A stretch of DNA of 64,000 nt from Candidatus Latescibacterota bacterium (GTDB lineage Bacteria; Latescibacterota; UBA2968). Shown one piece after another: positions 1 through 8,022 of this stretch. The stretch is taken from positions 4,512,001-4,576,000 of the forward strand of contig OZ242320.1 in the NCBI GenBank assembly GCA_965208125.1. The letters run 5' to 3'. The position numbers were made by a program, and so were the translations under genes. The notes under the pieces were generated by a model. The model saw nothing but the letters and a program-made list of their open reading frames with translations, was not told the origin of the DNA and ran no database searches. The first letter of the stretch is position 1, and the number at the start of each line of letters is the position of its first letter.

Positions 1-489
1 TTTGTGTGACCCCGGCACGAGCAGCAATCCGCCATCTCCGGGCAAGACATCGGTCAGATAGATAAATACCACCAGGTCGTCGCAATAAATTTTTCCATCG
101 TCACAGCTATATCGACAGCTATAGGGGCCAAAACTCTCGCGCGAACAATGCAATCGATGAACGGGATCTTTAGCCGTATTGATCCGCACTTCACCGCTGT
201 TTAGCCTCGGTCGTCGCCCAGATACTTCCAGTACAATGGGCCAGAATGAACGGTGGAAGACCAACGCTTCCAGTACTTTGTCAAAAGCAAAAGCGTATTT
301 GAATTGTGTGCGATTTTTGTCAAATAATGAGGTTGAACGCCCAAATCCTTCGGGCAGTTCATCGTCTGAGGCATTTACGTACCGATTTATAGCCTGCTGT
401 ACGGCTTTCAGTTCTGTTCGTTTAAGTGCTTGTTCCAGATGCAGATATCCCATCATATCGAATAAATAGCGCTGTGCATCTGTCATCAT
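1..489 (-). CDS. PhyH-family Fe(II)/2OG oxygenase, partial (runs off window start)
   Basis: Manual translation, absent from ORF track: MMTDAQRYLFDMMGYLHL...RLHCSRE...LVVFIYLTDVLPGDGGLLLVPGSHK; GGAGG SD just upstream of ATG at 489. Confidence 0.85.
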   Translation of the reverse strand, partial: MMTDAQRYLFDMMGYLHLEQALKRTELKAVQQAINRYVNASDDELPEGFGRSTSLFDKNRTQFKYAFAFDKVLEALVFHRSFWPIVLEVSGRRPRLNSGEVRINTAKDPVHRLHCSRESFGPYSCRYSCDDGKIYCDDLVVFIYLTDVLPGDGGLLLVPGSHK

Positions 490-510
490 GATGACCTCCA
501 AAGAGAGATT

Positions 511-1344
511 TCACCCATAAGCGCCGTGGTCTAAGAATCCGACCAAGCGTCTGAGTCTGGGGTTTGCGTTGCGATAGATATGCTCGGGCATGGTGTAATT
601 CATAAACGGATAGTATTTGTGGCCGATGAGTCGTCTGCCATAGGTGATTTGCGTGATGTAGCGGCTGCGATTGCTCTGATTTGGTCCCCCTCTGTGCCAG
701 ACCTGATTGTTGAACATGATGACGCTACCGGCTTTGCCGAGGTTGTAATGCACTTTGTCCTGCCATTTTTCCCATGTAACCTGGCGTGGGTTTTCGCCAA
801 TGAGATGTGATCCCGGGATGACTTCTGTGCCGCCATGTTCGATTTTCGTCACATCGGTGAGATAATAATTGCAGGTGAATACGAGTACGGGAAGGTGGAT
901 GTTTGTCGGTGGCTTGCCATCGGTGACAATATAATGCGGGGCGTCGTCCTGATGCCAGGTGGTGAGGCCTCCGCCGGGGGGCGTGATGAAGGAGTTGTTG
1001 TGTATAACGTGACAATTTGCGTCAACAAGGGCTTCGGCAAAGCTGACGATGGGCTCGAGGTCAAACAGGTTGAGGTTGGCCGGGCTGTGCTCAAACATGC
1101 GATGGCACAGGCGGTGGCTGGATTTCCCACTTTGTGGGCTGAGCTTGCCATTGGGGTCTTTATCTCGGCTGGTAAAATGCGCGAGAGACCAGTCGAGATC
1201 CGCTTTGAGTTGTGCGATGTGTTCTTCTTTTAAGACATTTTCGAGAAATAGAAACCCATCTCTGTTAAATTGTTCTACCCATTGGGAAATTTGATCTGCA
1301 TCGAGTGGATAATTGGATTCAAAGCACTGGTTTTGTGGTTTCAT
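511..1344 (-). CDS. Phytanoyl-CoA dioxygenase (PhyH) family protein
   Basis: F..DGF N-terminus, WHQD iron motif, YLTDV...GGT.VIPGSH, WHRG distal His; GGAGG SD. Confidence 0.9.
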   Translation of the reverse strand: MKPQNQCFESNYPLDADQISQWVEQFNRDGFLFLENVLKEEHIAQLKADLDWSLAHFTSRDKDPNGKLSPQSGKSSHRLCHRMFEHSPANLNLFDLEPIVSFAEALVDANCHVIHNNSFITPPGGGLTTWHQDDAPHYIVTDGKPPTNIHLPVLVFTCNYYLTDVTKIEHGGTEVIPGSHLIGENPRQVTWEKWQDKVHYNLGKAGSVIMFNNQVWHRGGPNQSNRSRYITQITYGRRLIGHKYYPFMNYTMPEHIYRNANPRLRRLVGFLDHGAYG

Positions 1345-1359
1345 AATGGCCTCCAGCAG

Positions 1360-3375
1360 TCAAGCCTGCCCAACCACTAAGAACGGCAAGGCATCCCGTA
1401 TTTCGATGTGGGCGTCGCGAGACACTGTTTCGGTTTCTCCCGTGCATAGATGATAGATGCGAACAGGGCTGGTGTCGAGTGAAAAATCAAGGGTGTTGAG
1501 ATCAAAAATATCTCGGACAGGTAGTACGAGTGCGAGTTGGCGATGGGTGTTGTTGAGATACAGGACGCGGTTGTTTTCGCATATTTGTTCGGCGGGGTCT
1601 GTAAAGGTGGTGGCGTGAACGGGGCTGTTGAGGAGCGTGTTGAGACAACGCAGGGTGTGAAAAGGGGGGCGGGGATTGCAGAGGGTGTCGAGCAATCCAT
1701 GTGTGACATCCATTGTGCGGTCAAAGTCGGTGAGTGGATCGACGAAGAGACGCGCTCCCGGCAGGCGGACAATGGCAAATGTGGCTTCGGCAATTCGGCG
1801 GGCACTGGTGTTGTCGTTCTGCGTGTCTAATTCGAGGGATATGTCGATGTGGCCGATATTAGAGTATTTGCGTTCGCTCAGGGATTGGATATGAGTCCAG
1901 GGCGATTCGTTGGGCGGTACGCGACAGATTACGCGTTGAAGGTGAATATCGGCGTTTTGGAGGCTATCGAGTTCGTTGAGGTGATAACCCATTCGGGTTC
2001 GCAGGTGTTGTTTGCCGTGTACGCGCTCGTTGGGGATGATCGGGCAAAGCGAGAGTTCTGCAAGTTCTGTACATCGGTTGAGTGTCTCGCAAACTTCATC
2101 GGATAGTTGCGCGGGATTAGATATCTGAATTTCCCAGTTCTGTATGAGATCGCGGTTGGCTTTGATGTGTTCGGGCAATGAGGCGATGCGCGGTTCGAGG
2201 AATGTGGCAATGGGCGTTATTCCTTCGGAGCAGAGTATTTCGAGGCGCGTGCGCTGAAAGGGATCTCGCAGGTCGCGCCAGGGAAAGCGCGCGAATTTAG
2301 CGCCGAGTTCTATGCAGGCCAAAAGATGCTGGTCATTGCGTACTTTTTGACGTATGACAGAGGGATAGGCGATTGGGACTTCCGCAATGGGCGTGATGGG
2401 GTGGTGAAGGGTGAGTCCTATGGGAGAAGACAGATCGGCGGATGTGCAGGTGATGAGATGGTCGTGAGCAGGGCGTTTTATTTTGCCTTTTGTGCGGATG
2501 AAGTGGATGTCGGTGTGATCGGCGCGTATGCGGAGGAGATAAAATCCCAACTTGCCCGTGTCATCTCGCCCCTGTTCGGGGGGGGAAGCACTGGCGTAGA
2601 GATGGCCGAATCCGGGGCGCGTAAAGGACGTAGAAGGGGTGATGAAATAGCGCGTTTTGCCAATTTTGTCATAAAAGGGATAGTGGACGTGTGCCGCGAA
2701 GAGGAGTTCGATCCCGTATTTTTGAATCAATGCAAGGAGGCGGTCTCGATCTGGCTGGCTGATATTGTCGTAGTGTCCCAATCCCGGTTCATTGTTATCC
2801 CAAAGATAGAGGGGGAGGTGAAAAAAGAGAAAGAGCCGCTGGTTTTTATGTTTTTCAAGGTAGGATTCAAACCATTTCCACTGGTCGTCTGCTTCGGGGA
2901 TTTTTGAGTTGAAGATCTGGGAATTGAGCACGATAAAATGACAATCGTCACGGTCAAAACTGTACCAGGAAGGACCAAAGAGGCCATGGAAGAATGCGAG
3001 CGATTCCGCGGTTGCCGCATGAGTGGGCATGGTGGGATCGGTTTTGTCGCCGACATCGTGATTGCCAGCGACATAGTGGGGAGAAATATTGCAGGCGTGT
3101 ATCTGATCGCGCGCTTCGAGCATCGCGCGTTTGAAGTCCGGCGTTTCGGGGTATTCCTGGACGAGGTCGCCCATGTGGATGACAAAGTCGGCCCCAATAT
3201 CGGATACCTGTTGCAGGGCAATGCCGGCGCGTTGGGTTTGCACGCGGCGCGATTCAAATTCGAGAGGGCGGTCGCCAACGTCAATCATGTAATGCGTGTC
3301 GGCGATGACCACGCATTCAAATTGAGCGGGGGGGAGGTGGGTTTTATCGAAGATTATTCTTTTTCCGCTTTCCAT
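1360..3375 (-). CDS. Calcineurin-like metallophosphoesterase with long uncharacterised C-terminal domain
   Basis: Motifs ADTH, HMGD, GNHD, FFH, AHVH in the N-terminal ~280 aa. Confidence 0.8.
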   Translation of the reverse strand: MESGKRIIFDKTHLPPAQFECVVIADTHYMIDVGDRPLEFESRRVQTQRAGIALQQVSDIGADFVIHMGDLVQEYPETPDFKRAMLEARDQIHACNISPHYVAGNHDVGDKTDPTMPTHAATAESLAFFHGLFGPSWYSFDRDDCHFIVLNSQIFNSKIPEADDQWKWFESYLEKHKNQRLFLFFHLPLYLWDNNEPGLGHYDNISQPDRDRLLALIQKYGIELLFAAHVHYPFYDKIGKTRYFITPSTSFTRPGFGHLYASASPPEQGRDDTGKLGFYLLRIRADHTDIHFIRTKGKIKRPAHDHLITCTSADLSSPIGLTLHHPITPIAEVPIAYPSVIRQKVRNDQHLLACIELGAKFARFPWRDLRDPFQRTRLEILCSEGITPIATFLEPRIASLPEHIKANRDLIQNWEIQISNPAQLSDEVCETLNRCTELAELSLCPIIPNERVHGKQHLRTRMGYHLNELDSLQNADIHLQRVICRVPPNESPWTHIQSLSERKYSNIGHIDISLELDTQNDNTSARRIAEATFAIVRLPGARLFVDPLTDFDRTMDVTHGLLDTLCNPRPPFHTLRCLNTLLNSPVHATTFTDPAEQICENNRVLYLNNTHRQLALVLPVRDIFDLNTLDFSLDTSPVRIYHLCTGETETVSRDAHIEIRDALPFLVVGQA

Positions 3376-3779
3376 TCGGCGATTTTTTCATCGGCTTTGC
3401 GACGCAGTTCGCGGCCCTTGTCCGGGGTGGGGTCTTTTATAAGGCCATAGACCTGGCGGCCTTCGTGATCTTCGGGTAAGTATTCCGTAATGGGCATGCC
3501 TTCGGGAGTGACAAAGAGCAGGCAGTGACAGTATTTGAAGATTTTCATTTCGTCACAGGCACAGACCCATTCGCGGCTGCGTTCGAGTTCGGCCTTTTTG
3601 TCGGGATAAAAGTTGCAGGGGCAAAGCGGACGGCCCAGTTCATCGATGTTTTCTGCAAGACCGCAGATGACTGTGTCGGCGACTTCTCGGGTTGGATGCG
3701 GCGATGTCCCGGTTTTCTCCCAGTATTTTTCCGTGTATATCTGCATTCTTTTGAGGCTTTTTTCTGAGGGTTCAGACAT
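3354..3779 (-). CDS. ftrB: Ferredoxin:thioredoxin reductase catalytic subunit-like protein
   Basis: GRPLCPC...WVCAC...YCHCLLFV six-Cys pattern; GGAGG SD. Confidence 0.85.
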   Translation of the reverse strand: MSEPSEKSLKRMQIYTEKYWEKTGTSPHPTREVADTVICGLAENIDELGRPLCPCNFYPDKKAELERSREWVCACDEMKIFKYCHCLLFVTPEGMPITEYLPEDHEGRQVYGLIKDPTPDKGRELRRKADEKIAEWKAEKE

Positions 3780-3814
3780 GACAATACCTCCAGTTTTGAG
3801 ATCTTGTGTTTGGA

Positions 3815-4627
3815 CTACAAGTGGCTGTTGAGATAATCCATAGATTTTCGGAGTTCTGCTCTGGCATCGCCCGGGGGGATGCTACATTCAAAGCCGCAGT
3901 AGTGTTCGTAGCCGATGTCGGATAGTGCTTTGAGCGGGGGACCAAAATCCGTGTGACCATAGCCGGGTAAGATGCGATTGCTGTCGGCCAGATGTACATT
4001 GGCGATGTGTTTGCCCCCTGCGCGGATGGCTTCGGCGATATCGGCTTCTTCGATGCTCATGTGGAAGAGATCGGCCATGGTGGCAATGAATGGGCTGCCC
4101 ACGGCTTCGCAGATTTCAACGCTCTGGGCTACCGTGCAGGGCCACCACTGTTCGTAGCGGTTCAAGGGTTCTATAATCAGACGACTGCCGCACGCCTCGG
4201 CATGCGGTGCGATGTCTTGTTTGAGAATTTCGATGAGGAGATCTTTTTCAAGTGTCGATGTGCTGTACAGGGGCGAGAGGTCGGGGATGCGTTCGCCACC
4301 GCCCATTTTAATGCCGATAAGTGGTGGGAATATCACGCCTACACCGCCGACTTCAGCACACAGAGTCAGGGCGTCGTTAATGGATTTTACGGCTGCGTTG
4401 CGTTCCTGGGGGCGCGCGTCGAGCAGACCTTTACTGCCCCGGGAAGAGCAGATATTGGGCACGATACCCGTCGCGTCTGACGCTGCTTTGATCTCATCTG
4501 CAAAATCTGCGGTGCTGCTATTGGTGATTTCAATGCCGGAAAAGCCGAGTTCTTTGAGGGTCTGGAATTTTTCCATCAGGGTGTTGCCAGGAGCCATGGG
4601 TTCGCGAAGAGAATATTTGATGGTCAT
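3815..4627 (-). CDS. Sugar phosphate isomerase/epimerase (xylose isomerase-like TIM barrel)
   Basis: IEPLNRYE, DLFHM, VHLADSNR..PG.G, GFEC motifs; start reassigned to MTIKYS. Confidence 0.85.
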   Translation of the reverse strand: MTIKYSLREPMAPGNTLMEKFQTLKELGFSGIEITNSSTADFADEIKAASDATGIVPNICSSRGSKGLLDARPQERNAAVKSINDALTLCAEVGGVGVIFPPLIGIKMGGGERIPDLSPLYSTSTLEKDLLIEILKQDIAPHAEACGSRLIIEPLNRYEQWWPCTVAQSVEICEAVGSPFIATMADLFHMSIEEADIAEAIRAGGKHIANVHLADSNRILPGYGHTDFGPPLKALSDIGYEHYCGFECSIPPGDARAELRKSMDYLNSHL

Positions 4628-4673
4628 AATCAGTTCCGATATGAGCTGGAAATTTATGGTAACGCATACAGAC

Positions 4674-4706
4674 AATATACCGTCTTGTAGATAAAAGGCA
4701 AGTTCA
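4674..4706 (-). repeat. 33-bp direct repeat copy 1, containing sigma70-like promoter
   Basis: aatataccgtcttgtagataaaaggcaagttca; on minus strand TTGCCT-16bp-TATATT; 30/33 identical to 5526-5558. Confidence 0.85.
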
Positions 4707-4753
4707 CGACTACGCTGAGCGGTAGGGAATGGTTTAATGAGGCGGGCGAGATT

Positions 4754-4885
4754 TTATGATGGGATACCAGAGTGCTCAATGCCACGATCAGCAAGGCGGA
4801 TTTCCCTTAGAGATCGGTCAACTTGCTCGAGACCATATTGGTGAACCATCAAACGCAGCGTATCTTTGAGTTTAGCTTTAGTCAT
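4754..4885 (-). CDS. Small hypothetical protein (43 aa), possibly a gene remnant
   Basis: Manual translation MTKAKLKDTLRLMVHQYGLEQVDRSLREIRLADRGIEHSGIPS; start overlaps the end of the DUF4926 gene. Confidence 0.4.
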   Translation of the reverse strand: MTKAKLKDTLRLMVHQYGLEQVDRSLREIRLADRGIEHSGIPS

Positions 4886-5141
4886 AAGCCATCCGTTCTT
4901 CAGCCATTCCACGCACACTCAGCACTTGATCAGCACGTAGCGATTCAATTGCAGAGATTGGCACTGCAACCACCGATACTGATTCACCGATGGCATTAAA
5001 AACCTCCAGGATTGCGCCTTCTTCACCATCTGTAGGATGCGGTACATACTCAACTACGACAGCAACATCACCCTGTTTTAAGTTTTCCTCTGGTATGTTG
5101 CACGTTAGTGCCACTTCCTCATATAGTTCTGGTTTTGTCAT
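4878..5141 (-). CDS. DUF4926 domain protein (putative antitoxin/immunity)
   Basis: ELYEEVAL..NIPEENLKQGDVAVVVE...EEGAILEVFNA.GE pattern typical of DUF4926. Confidence 0.75.
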   Translation of the reverse strand: MTKPELYEEVALTCNIPEENLKQGDVAVVVEYVPHPTDGEEGAILEVFNAIGESVSVVAVPISAIESLRADQVLSVRGMAEERMAYD

Positions 5142-5142
5142 A

Positions 5143-5466
5143 TCAATCCCTATCTGGTTTGAGGGTTACGAACCTGAACTTTTCATCTCCAGCATGGACA
5201 ATCCAGATTGTTACAACAGATAGTATATCACTTGGACCTATCAATTCACCCGTGATCCTATAGAATGTGCCATATCTGTTTTCTCTTTCTTGCACAGGGT
5301 CATTCTGGGCAATTAAATCACGGATAGCTCGTGCAAGAATAGCAGGGTTTTCTATTGTAAATCCTGCTCGTGACAGAAATTTTGATTTATCATTACGCAC
5401 CCGCGAAACCAGTAAGTATTTGGTCAACTTTTCTGAAGGAATAACAACGTCTGATGGATCTATCAT
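5143..5466 (-). CDS. DUF6883 domain protein (putative toxin)
   Basis: IPSEKLTKYLL...DKSKFL..AGF...YG..Y...VVTIWI...RFVTL.P pattern; 1-bp gap to DUF4926 gene. Confidence 0.7.
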   Translation of the reverse strand: MIDPSDVVIPSEKLTKYLLVSRVRNDKSKFLSRAGFTIENPAILARAIRDLIAQNDPVQERENRYGTFYRITGELIGPSDILSVVTIWIVHAGDEKFRFVTLKPDRD

Positions 5467-5525
5467 AAAACATGTACGGGCGTCGTGAATAGTGAGTTGG
5501 GGTGTCGAGATACGCTTCTAAAGTT

Positions 5526-5558
5526 AATATACTGTCTTGTGGACAAAAGGCAAGTTCA
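5526..5558 (-). repeat. 33-bp direct repeat copy 2, containing sigma70-like promoter
   Basis: aatatactgtcttgtggacaaaaggcaagttca; TTGCCT-16bp-TATATT on minus strand. Confidence 0.85.
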
Positions 5559-5564
5559 GGGAGG

Positions 5565-6947
5565 CTATGCTCTCGCGGCTTCCCAGCCTTTTTTTATCAC
5601 TTTCTCGAGTTCGCTCACTGTTTCGGCATAGCGAACATCTTCCGCGGCATTGATGTTTTCCGCCGCATCTTCTCGATGATCGTAAAGCTCTCGGGCCTTT
5701 ACTTCTCCTGTATCTCTCAATTGCCATTCTGTGTAGCGAAAGTCGTCGGTTTTGATGGTATAGCCCATTACGCCCGAGCGTGGATACTGGCTGAAGGCCG
5801 CCTGTTTCCAGGTTCTGTCGGGATCCTCCATCAAGGGGACAAAGCTCTGGCCCTCGAGATGATCGGGTAGCGGTAGGTCGCACAGGTCGCACAGCGATGG
5901 GTACATATCAACGAATTCCGTAAGGCCAGATGCCTTTGCGCCCGACTTGCCGCGTTCTGGCGAGCGGATGATCATTGGGACGCGTGTATCAATGTCGAAG
6001 TTCGTGTGCTTGCACCAGCTACCGTGTTCGCCGAGTTTCCAGCCGTGATCGCCCCACAGGATTACAACTGTGTTGTCTTTGAGGCCGAGCCGTTCGATTT
6101 CGTCGAGCACGCGACCGACCTGCGCGTCCATATACGAGACACACGCGCAGTAGCCGTGGACCAATGTGCGCGATAGGTCATCGGGAATCGGTCCCTCCTT
6201 GGGTATTCCGAAGTAGCCGCGAAGTTCTCCAAATTCAGTCAGAGAATACTCAGTGACGTTTTCCGGTGCGCTGGTATTCAGGGCGAGTGGCAATGCTTCC
6301 CGATCGTAAACGTCCCAGTGATGCTTTGGGGCGTTGAAGGGCAGATGGGGTTTGTGAAAGCCCACGGCGAGGAAGAAGGGTTGATCGCGCAATTCGTTGA
6401 GCGTTTTAATGGCGTGATCGGCATCCTTGCCGTCGTGATAGGCATTGTCCGGAACATCCGCGGCCTCGAAAGCCGGTCCCAGGCCCCGTCTCGTGGAGCC
6501 TTCAGTAGCTAATTGGGCATCTGTTCTCTCGATCACTTCCATCGCTTCATCTGTCAGGTAGCCCCGTCCTTTCCAATCACCTGTTGAGACGTGTGGTTCT
6601 GCTGACCATCCTTGCAGATCATCACTTCGATGATGATAGATTTTTCCGATGGATCGCGTTTCGTAGCCGTGTTGCTTGAAGTGCTGTGGCAGCGAGAGAA
6701 CATCGGGCATCACGGACCGCAAGGGGGTCTGTAGATCGTAAATTGTCGTCGTATCCGGGCGGCAGCCGCTCAGAACGCTTGCTCGAGAAGGCGCGCATAC
6801 GGCTTGCTGGCAGTAGGCCCGCTCGAAGAGGACGCCCTCTGCAGCCAATCGATCGATGTTCGGCGACTGTACAAAATCCTGACCATAACAACCGAGTTGA
6901 GGACGCAGATCATCCACGGCGATGAATAGTACGTTCATTTTGTTCAC
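5565..6947 (-). CDS. Sulfatase (iduronate-2-sulfatase-like)
   Basis: NVLFIAVDDLRP, CAPSR formylglycine motif, GKIYH, KPHLPF, GDHG; GTG start behind GGAGG. Confidence 0.92.
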   Translation of the reverse strand: MNKMNVLFIAVDDLRPQLGCYGQDFVQSPNIDRLAAEGVLFERAYCQQAVCAPSRASVLSGCRPDTTTIYDLQTPLRSVMPDVLSLPQHFKQHGYETRSIGKIYHHRSDDLQGWSAEPHVSTGDWKGRGYLTDEAMEVIERTDAQLATEGSTRRGLGPAFEAADVPDNAYHDGKDADHAIKTLNELRDQPFFLAVGFHKPHLPFNAPKHHWDVYDREALPLALNTSAPENVTEYSLTEFGELRGYFGIPKEGPIPDDLSRTLVHGYCACVSYMDAQVGRVLDEIERLGLKDNTVVILWGDHGWKLGEHGSWCKHTNFDIDTRVPMIIRSPERGKSGAKASGLTEFVDMYPSLCDLCDLPLPDHLEGQSFVPLMEDPDRTWKQAAFSQYPRSGVMGYTIKTDDFRYTEWQLRDTGEVKARELYDHREDAAENINAAEDVRYAETVSELEKVIKKGWEAARA

Positions 6948-7111
6948 AGTTCCTCCCAGAGGCATTGGATTTTTATTTTGATTTAGGAGACGCAGGGCAA
7001 TATAAGAGCCTGGATATAAAAATCAAGCCACACAATAGATCAAAGGTTGACAAGACAAGTTCTGTGATGCCATATTACGGGCAGGTGATTAGGCCAAACA
7101 AGGAGGGTATC

Positions 7112-8014
7112 ATGGCGCAGGATACTGTACGAGAGGTTACGACGGGTACGCTTCCCCATAGAGTCCTGGGTAAGACTGGGGAACGAGTGCCCATTTTGGG
7201 GTATGGATCTGCTCCCGGTGGGATGGGGCTTTCGGATGAGGACGCTATTGCGCTTTGCCATAAGGTGATTGATCTGGGGGTGACGTATATCGATACAGCG
7301 CCCGGATATGGTCGGGCGCATGTTCAACTGGGGCATGTGATGGCGGAGCGGCGAGATGAGGTGTTTTTGGTCACCAAGACAGCGGCGGATGAAGCGGAAC
7401 AAGCTCTGAAGATATTGGAGAAGGGGCTGAAAGATTTGCAGACGGATCACGTGGATCTGGTTTACGTGCATTCGATGGGCCGTAGAGATGTAGATCGGGT
7501 GCTGGCTCCCGACGGTGCGCTGGCAGGGCTGCGGGAAGCCCAGCGGCGGGGCTGGACGCGATTTATAGGGGTGACAGCGCACAATGCACCCTGGAGGACC
7601 GCTCGTGTGTTGCGGGAGGCGGATATAGATGTGGTGATGCTCGCCATAAATTTCGCGGATCGCTATACTTATAATTTTGAGAATGAGGTGTTGCCTCTGG
7701 CGTATGAGCGGAATGTGGGCGTGGCGGCAATGAAGGTTTATGGCGGGGCGCAGGGAATGACGTATCAAACGCCCAGGACTTCGGCTTTGGCCGCGCATGG
7801 ATCGCACGATCACGAGTTGGCTCTGCGTTACGCGCTGGGATTACCCGGCGTTTGCACGGCCGTGATCGGCATGTTTTCAGAGGCAGAGCTTGTGCAGAAC
7901 TTGGAATGGGTGCAGAGATTTACGCCGCTGAATGCAGCGGATGGTATTGCTCTTGAGACTCTTGGCCGGGAAATTGCGGCGGATTGGGGACCGCATTACG
8001 GTGCAGTGGAGTAG
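7112..8014 (+). CDS. Aldo/keto reductase
   Basis: R.LGKTG..V..LGYG, IDTAPGYG, LVTK, LQTDHVDLVYVH; AAGGAGG SD before MAQDT. Confidence 0.9.
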   Translation: MAQDTVREVTTGTLPHRVLGKTGERVPILGYGSAPGGMGLSDEDAIALCHKVIDLGVTYIDTAPGYGRAHVQLGHVMAERRDEVFLVTKTAADEAEQALKILEKGLKDLQTDHVDLVYVHSMGRRDVDRVLAPDGALAGLREAQRRGWTRFIGVTAHNAPWRTARVLREADIDVVMLAINFADRYTYNFENEVLPLAYERNVGVAAMKVYGGAQGMTYQTPRTSALAAHGSHDHELALRYALGLPGVCTAVIGMFSEAELVQNLEWVQRFTPLNAADGIALETLGREIAADWGPHYGAVE

Positions 8015-8022
8015 GGTGAAAT

